Shown in pieces: positions 62,358 to 64,000 of a stretch of 64,000 bases of DNA. The notes under the pieces are model-generated. The model saw only the letters and a program-made list of their open reading frames with translations, had not been told where the DNA came from and searched no databases. Numbering within the stretch: position 1 is the stretch's first letter; each line of letters starts with the position of its first letter. Made by a program: the position numbers and the translations under genes. Source of the DNA: an uncultured Planctomycetales bacterium (GTDB lineage Bacteria > Omnitrophota > Gorgyraeia > Gygaellales > Profunditerraquicolaceae); NCBI GenBank assembly GCA_964467905.1, contig CAYXSY010000001.1, forward strand, positions 17,226-81,225, written 5' to 3'.

Positions 62358-62499
62358 GATATTCTTTTCAAATCTAAGGTTAGCGAACTCCTTTTAACCA
62401 ACGACGAGGAATACTTTTGTATTCCGAGGAGTGCCCGCTTGCTTTTTGCGGGCCTGAGCTAACCGCCCGATATTCTTTTCAAATCTAAGGTTAGCGAAC
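62343..62499. repeat. Perfect 46-bp direct repeat pair (62343..62388 and 62454..62499) flanking a 65-bp two-hairpin insert, duplicating the 5' end of tRNA-Val
   Basis: Both copies read ctgagctaaccgcccgatattcttttcaaatctaaggttagcgaac and were checked base by base. Copy 1 includes the first 15 nt of tRNA-Val plus 31 nt upstream. The insert contains ggaatac-N4-gtattcc and gcccgc-N9-gcgggc. Confidence 0.9.
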
Positions 62500-62544
62500 C
62501 CCTTTCTCTATCGGCCTTGCCAGCCAATTACGTTCGCTCAAGTG

Positions 62545-62579
62545 CCATTTGATTTTTCCTTATCGGAAAAATCAAATGG
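62545..62579 (-). other. Perfect 15-bp-stem hairpin immediately trailing tRNA-Leu(UAA)
   Basis: ccatttgatttttcc-ttatc-ggaaaaatcaaatgg. On the transcript the 5' arm starts with the last CC of the acceptor stem plus the discriminator A. Confidence 0.8.
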
Positions 62580-62659
62580 GCAAGGAGGGAGTTGAACCCT
62601 CACGACCTTACGGCCAACAGATTTTAAGTCTGTCGTGTATGCCATTCCACCACTTGCCC
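62577..62659 (-). tRNA. tRNA-Leu (anticodon UAA)
   Basis: Hand-folded: acceptor GGGCAAG/CTTGCCC, anticodon arm ACAGA-CTTAAAA-TCTGT, long variable arm, T arm GAGGG-TTCAACT-CCCTC. Confidence 0.88.
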
Positions 62660-62726
62660 GAAACTTACCTTCTGAGATACTGCGCTCGCTCACTCGGCTT
62701 GTCGCCTCGTGATACTCGCACAGTAT

Positions 62727-62761
62727 CCATTAAAATTTTCCGACAAGGAAAATTTTAATGG
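62727..62761 (-). other. Perfect 15-bp-stem hairpin immediately trailing tRNA-Cys, same design as the tRNA-Leu trailer
   Basis: ccattaaaattttcc-gacaa-ggaaaattttaatgg. On the transcript the 5' arm starts with the encoded CCA end of tRNA-Cys. Confidence 0.8.
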
Positions 62762-62834
62762 AGGCGACGAGCGGATTCGAACCGCTGCAATAGCTCTTTT
62801 GCAGAGAGCTGCCTTACCACTTGGCTACGTCGCC
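62759..62834 (-). tRNA. tRNA-Cys (anticodon GCA), CCA encoded
   Basis: Hand-folded: acceptor GGCGACG/CGTCGCC, anticodon arm GCTCT-CTGCAAA-AGAGC, T arm AGCGG-TTCGAAT-CCGCT, 3' TCCA. Confidence 0.88.
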
Positions 62835-62844
62835 AAACAAAATA

Positions 62845-63384
62845 TCAAATAATATGCTCTACTTCTTTAATAATTGTTTCTACTTCGGCTAAGCAGCCCA
62901 CCCCTACTTGCCCGCATGCTAAATCACCCCTGCGCGGTTCGATAAATCTATATTTTAAGTCTTTTAATTTTTTAATATTGGCCTGTGTAATTTTATTTTT
63001 ATACATATTTTCATTCATCGCCGGGCAGAAAACAACTGGGGCTTCTGTTGCAGATATCAAGCAAGTCAATAAGTCGTCACATATCCCGGAGGAAACCTTG
63101 GCTATAATATTAGCTGTAGCAGGCGCCACTAAAACCAAATCCGCTTTTTTAGCCAATGCCACATGTTCTATTTCCCATGCCTGAGGTGTTTCAAATAGAC
63201 CGCGATAAACTTTACCCCCTGATAAGCTCTGGAAAACAATGGGCCTGATTAACTCCTCGGCTTCCTTGGTCATAACCACAGTAACCAAAAAACCTTTTTT
63301 TATAAGCCTGCGCAAAATATCGCATGCCTTATAAATACTTATACTTGCCGTAACCCCTAGAATAATATTTTTTTTATCCTGCAT
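62845..63384 (-). CDS. coaC: Phosphopantothenoylcysteine decarboxylase (stand-alone CoaC flavoprotein domain)
   Basis: 179-aa ORF with ILGVTASISIYKA, PATANIIAK...GICDDLL and PAMN..M motifs. No CoaB domain follows, because the next feature is tRNA-Cys. Confidence 0.85.
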   Translation of the reverse strand: MQDKKNIILGVTASISIYKACDILRRLIKKGFLVTVVMTKEAEELIRPIVFQSLSGGKVYRGLFETPQAWEIEHVALAKKADLVLVAPATANIIAKVSSGICDDLLTCLISATEAPVVFCPAMNENMYKNKITQANIKKLKDLKYRFIEPRRGDLACGQVGVGCLAEVETIIKEVEHII

Positions 63385-63585
63385 TTATTGTATCTTTTTA
63401 AACTCTATTTTCCCTGCGCCAATCTCTTTTAATGCTATCGCCGAAGGCTTGAGGGTCGGATCCGCTTCAACTAATTTTGGCTGCCCTTCAGCGATCTCCA
63501 GCCCCCTCTTTGCTGCTAAAACTACAAGCTTATAAACAGAACCGTTTGTCTTATTAAGAAAATTTTCTAACGCAACGTAAGCCAT
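63385..63585 (-). CDS. rpoZ: DNA-directed RNA polymerase omega subunit
   Basis: 66-aa ORF with NGSVYKLVVLAAKRGLEIAEG. Confidence 0.85.
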   Translation of the reverse strand: MAYVALENFLNKTNGSVYKLVVLAAKRGLEIAEGQPKLVEADPTLKPSAIALKEIGAGKIEFKKIQ

Positions 63586-64000
63586 TACGCCTCCTGATGT
63601 TGGATTATTTCTGCTAAGATAATTTCTTTGAGCTTCTTGACAGCCTGCCTTAAATCTTTATTCACCACACAATGGTCGTATCTTCTGCAGTAAAAGACCT
63701 CTTTACGGGCCATTTCAAGGCGTTTCTTTACCTCATCATCTTTGGTTTTACTGCAGCGCTTTTTAATCCTGGCAGCTAACATTCTTAAAGAAGGCGGCAT
63801 GACAAATACGGTGATTGTATTATCAGGATAAAGCCTTTTGACCTGTAAGGCCCCTTTATAATCCAGGCATAATGCAATATTTCTTAATTTATGCCTCTGC
63901 TTCTTAAAGAAGTCCTTGGGTGTCCCGTAATAATATCCTAAATATCTTGTCCATTCAAGAATTTTCTTGGTTTGAAGAAGCTTTTTAAACTTTGTATTAT
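63585..64000 (-). CDS. gmk: Guanylate kinase, C-terminal part (gene starts beyond right window edge)
   Basis: The reading frame stays open upstream of the track ORF to the window end. My translation is ...EWTRYLGYYYGTPKDFFKKQRHKLRNIALCLDYKGALQVKRLYPDNTITVFVMPPSLRMLAARIKKR..., showing the YGTPK and I.PPS....RL..R patterns. Confidence 0.8.
   Translation of the reverse strand, partial: NTKFKKLLQTKKILEWTRYLGYYYGTPKDFFKKQRHKLRNIALCLDYKGALQVKRLYPDNTITVFVMPPSLRMLAARIKKRCSKTKDDEVKKRLEMARKEVFYCRRYDHCVVNKDLRQAVKKLKEIILAEIIQHQEA

Noticed and set aside
42705-62499. A possible CRISPR array or other multi-copy repeat array at the direct repeats (xseB, pheST spacer, tRNA-Val).
   Set aside because: Each repeat has only two copies, the repeat lengths (46-60 bp) and contexts overlap functional gene starts, and no cas genes are in the window. 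They do not fit CRISPR architecture.
207-63184. All plus-strand ORFs in the supplied track except 35584..35946 (for example 549..830, 6957..7337, 24720..25151, 27516..27932, 27987..28460, 47321..47842, 50791..51213, 54172..54690).
   Set aside because: Each lies antisense to, and fully within or across, a minus-strand gene with strong family-level motifs. Their translations are low-complexity (S/L/F/I-rich) with no recognisable domains and no SD. They are typical shadow ORFs of an AT-rich sequence.
1-64000. A prophage, IS element, integron or integrated genomic island.
   Set aside because: No integrase, transposase, recombinase, phage structural or attC-like series was seen. The gene content is overwhelmingly housekeeping. 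The only selfish-type gene is the small HNH endonuclease.

Overview
AT-rich bacterial chromosomal segment. It probably comes from an uncultivated anaerobic diderm: beta-barrel OMPs ending in F, hydrogenase maturation genes, 2-oxoacid:ferredoxin oxidoreductase and many Fe-S proteins. About 75 protein genes, 5 tRNAs and 1 tRNA remnant lie on the minus strand, and only one CDS (35584..35946) is on the plus strand. Many genes overlap by 4-20 nt, which implies long operons. Recognisable housekeeping blocks, left to right: hypE, hypD-hypC-truncated hypF; the glycine cleavage and lipoylation operon (gcvT-H-PA-PB, lplA-like, lipA); a NikR/porin/ECF Ni-Co transporter/hypA block; speH-speE; gltX; a four-subunit 2-oxoacid:ferredoxin oxidoreductase; dxs; xseAB; rny-ymdB; rarA; pheST; trkA-trkA-trkH; thrS-infC-rpmI-rplT; gmk-rpoZ-coaC. 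No transposase, integrase, CRISPR array or rRNA is present. The less ordinary content is: (1) a Fur-headed 12-gene operon of uncharacterised Fe-S/metal-handling proteins that includes an encapsulin-less EncFtn-like ferritin; (2) a translationally coupled PilZ-membrane-coiled-coil-(alpha/alpha)6-like protein plus transglutaminase lipoprotein pair; (3) a DEDDh exonuclease-WYL fusion with DUF2156, YkgJ and free-standing tRNA-binding proteins; (4) an HNH endonuclease gene wedged between tRNA-Gln and a degenerate tRNA-Gln 5' half; (5) two perfect 46-54 bp direct-repeat pairs, each flanking a 63-65 bp hairpin-rich insert, at xseB and tRNA-Val; (6) a recurring class of long imperfect hairpins placed between a stop codon and the next Shine-Dalgarno; (7) a ~179-nt promoter-to-terminator candidate sRNA that is 6S-like by size and shape; (8) an unannotated 38-codon hydrophobic ORF coupled between trkA and trkH. 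All family assignments come from reading the translations and recalling family motifs. No database search was run.
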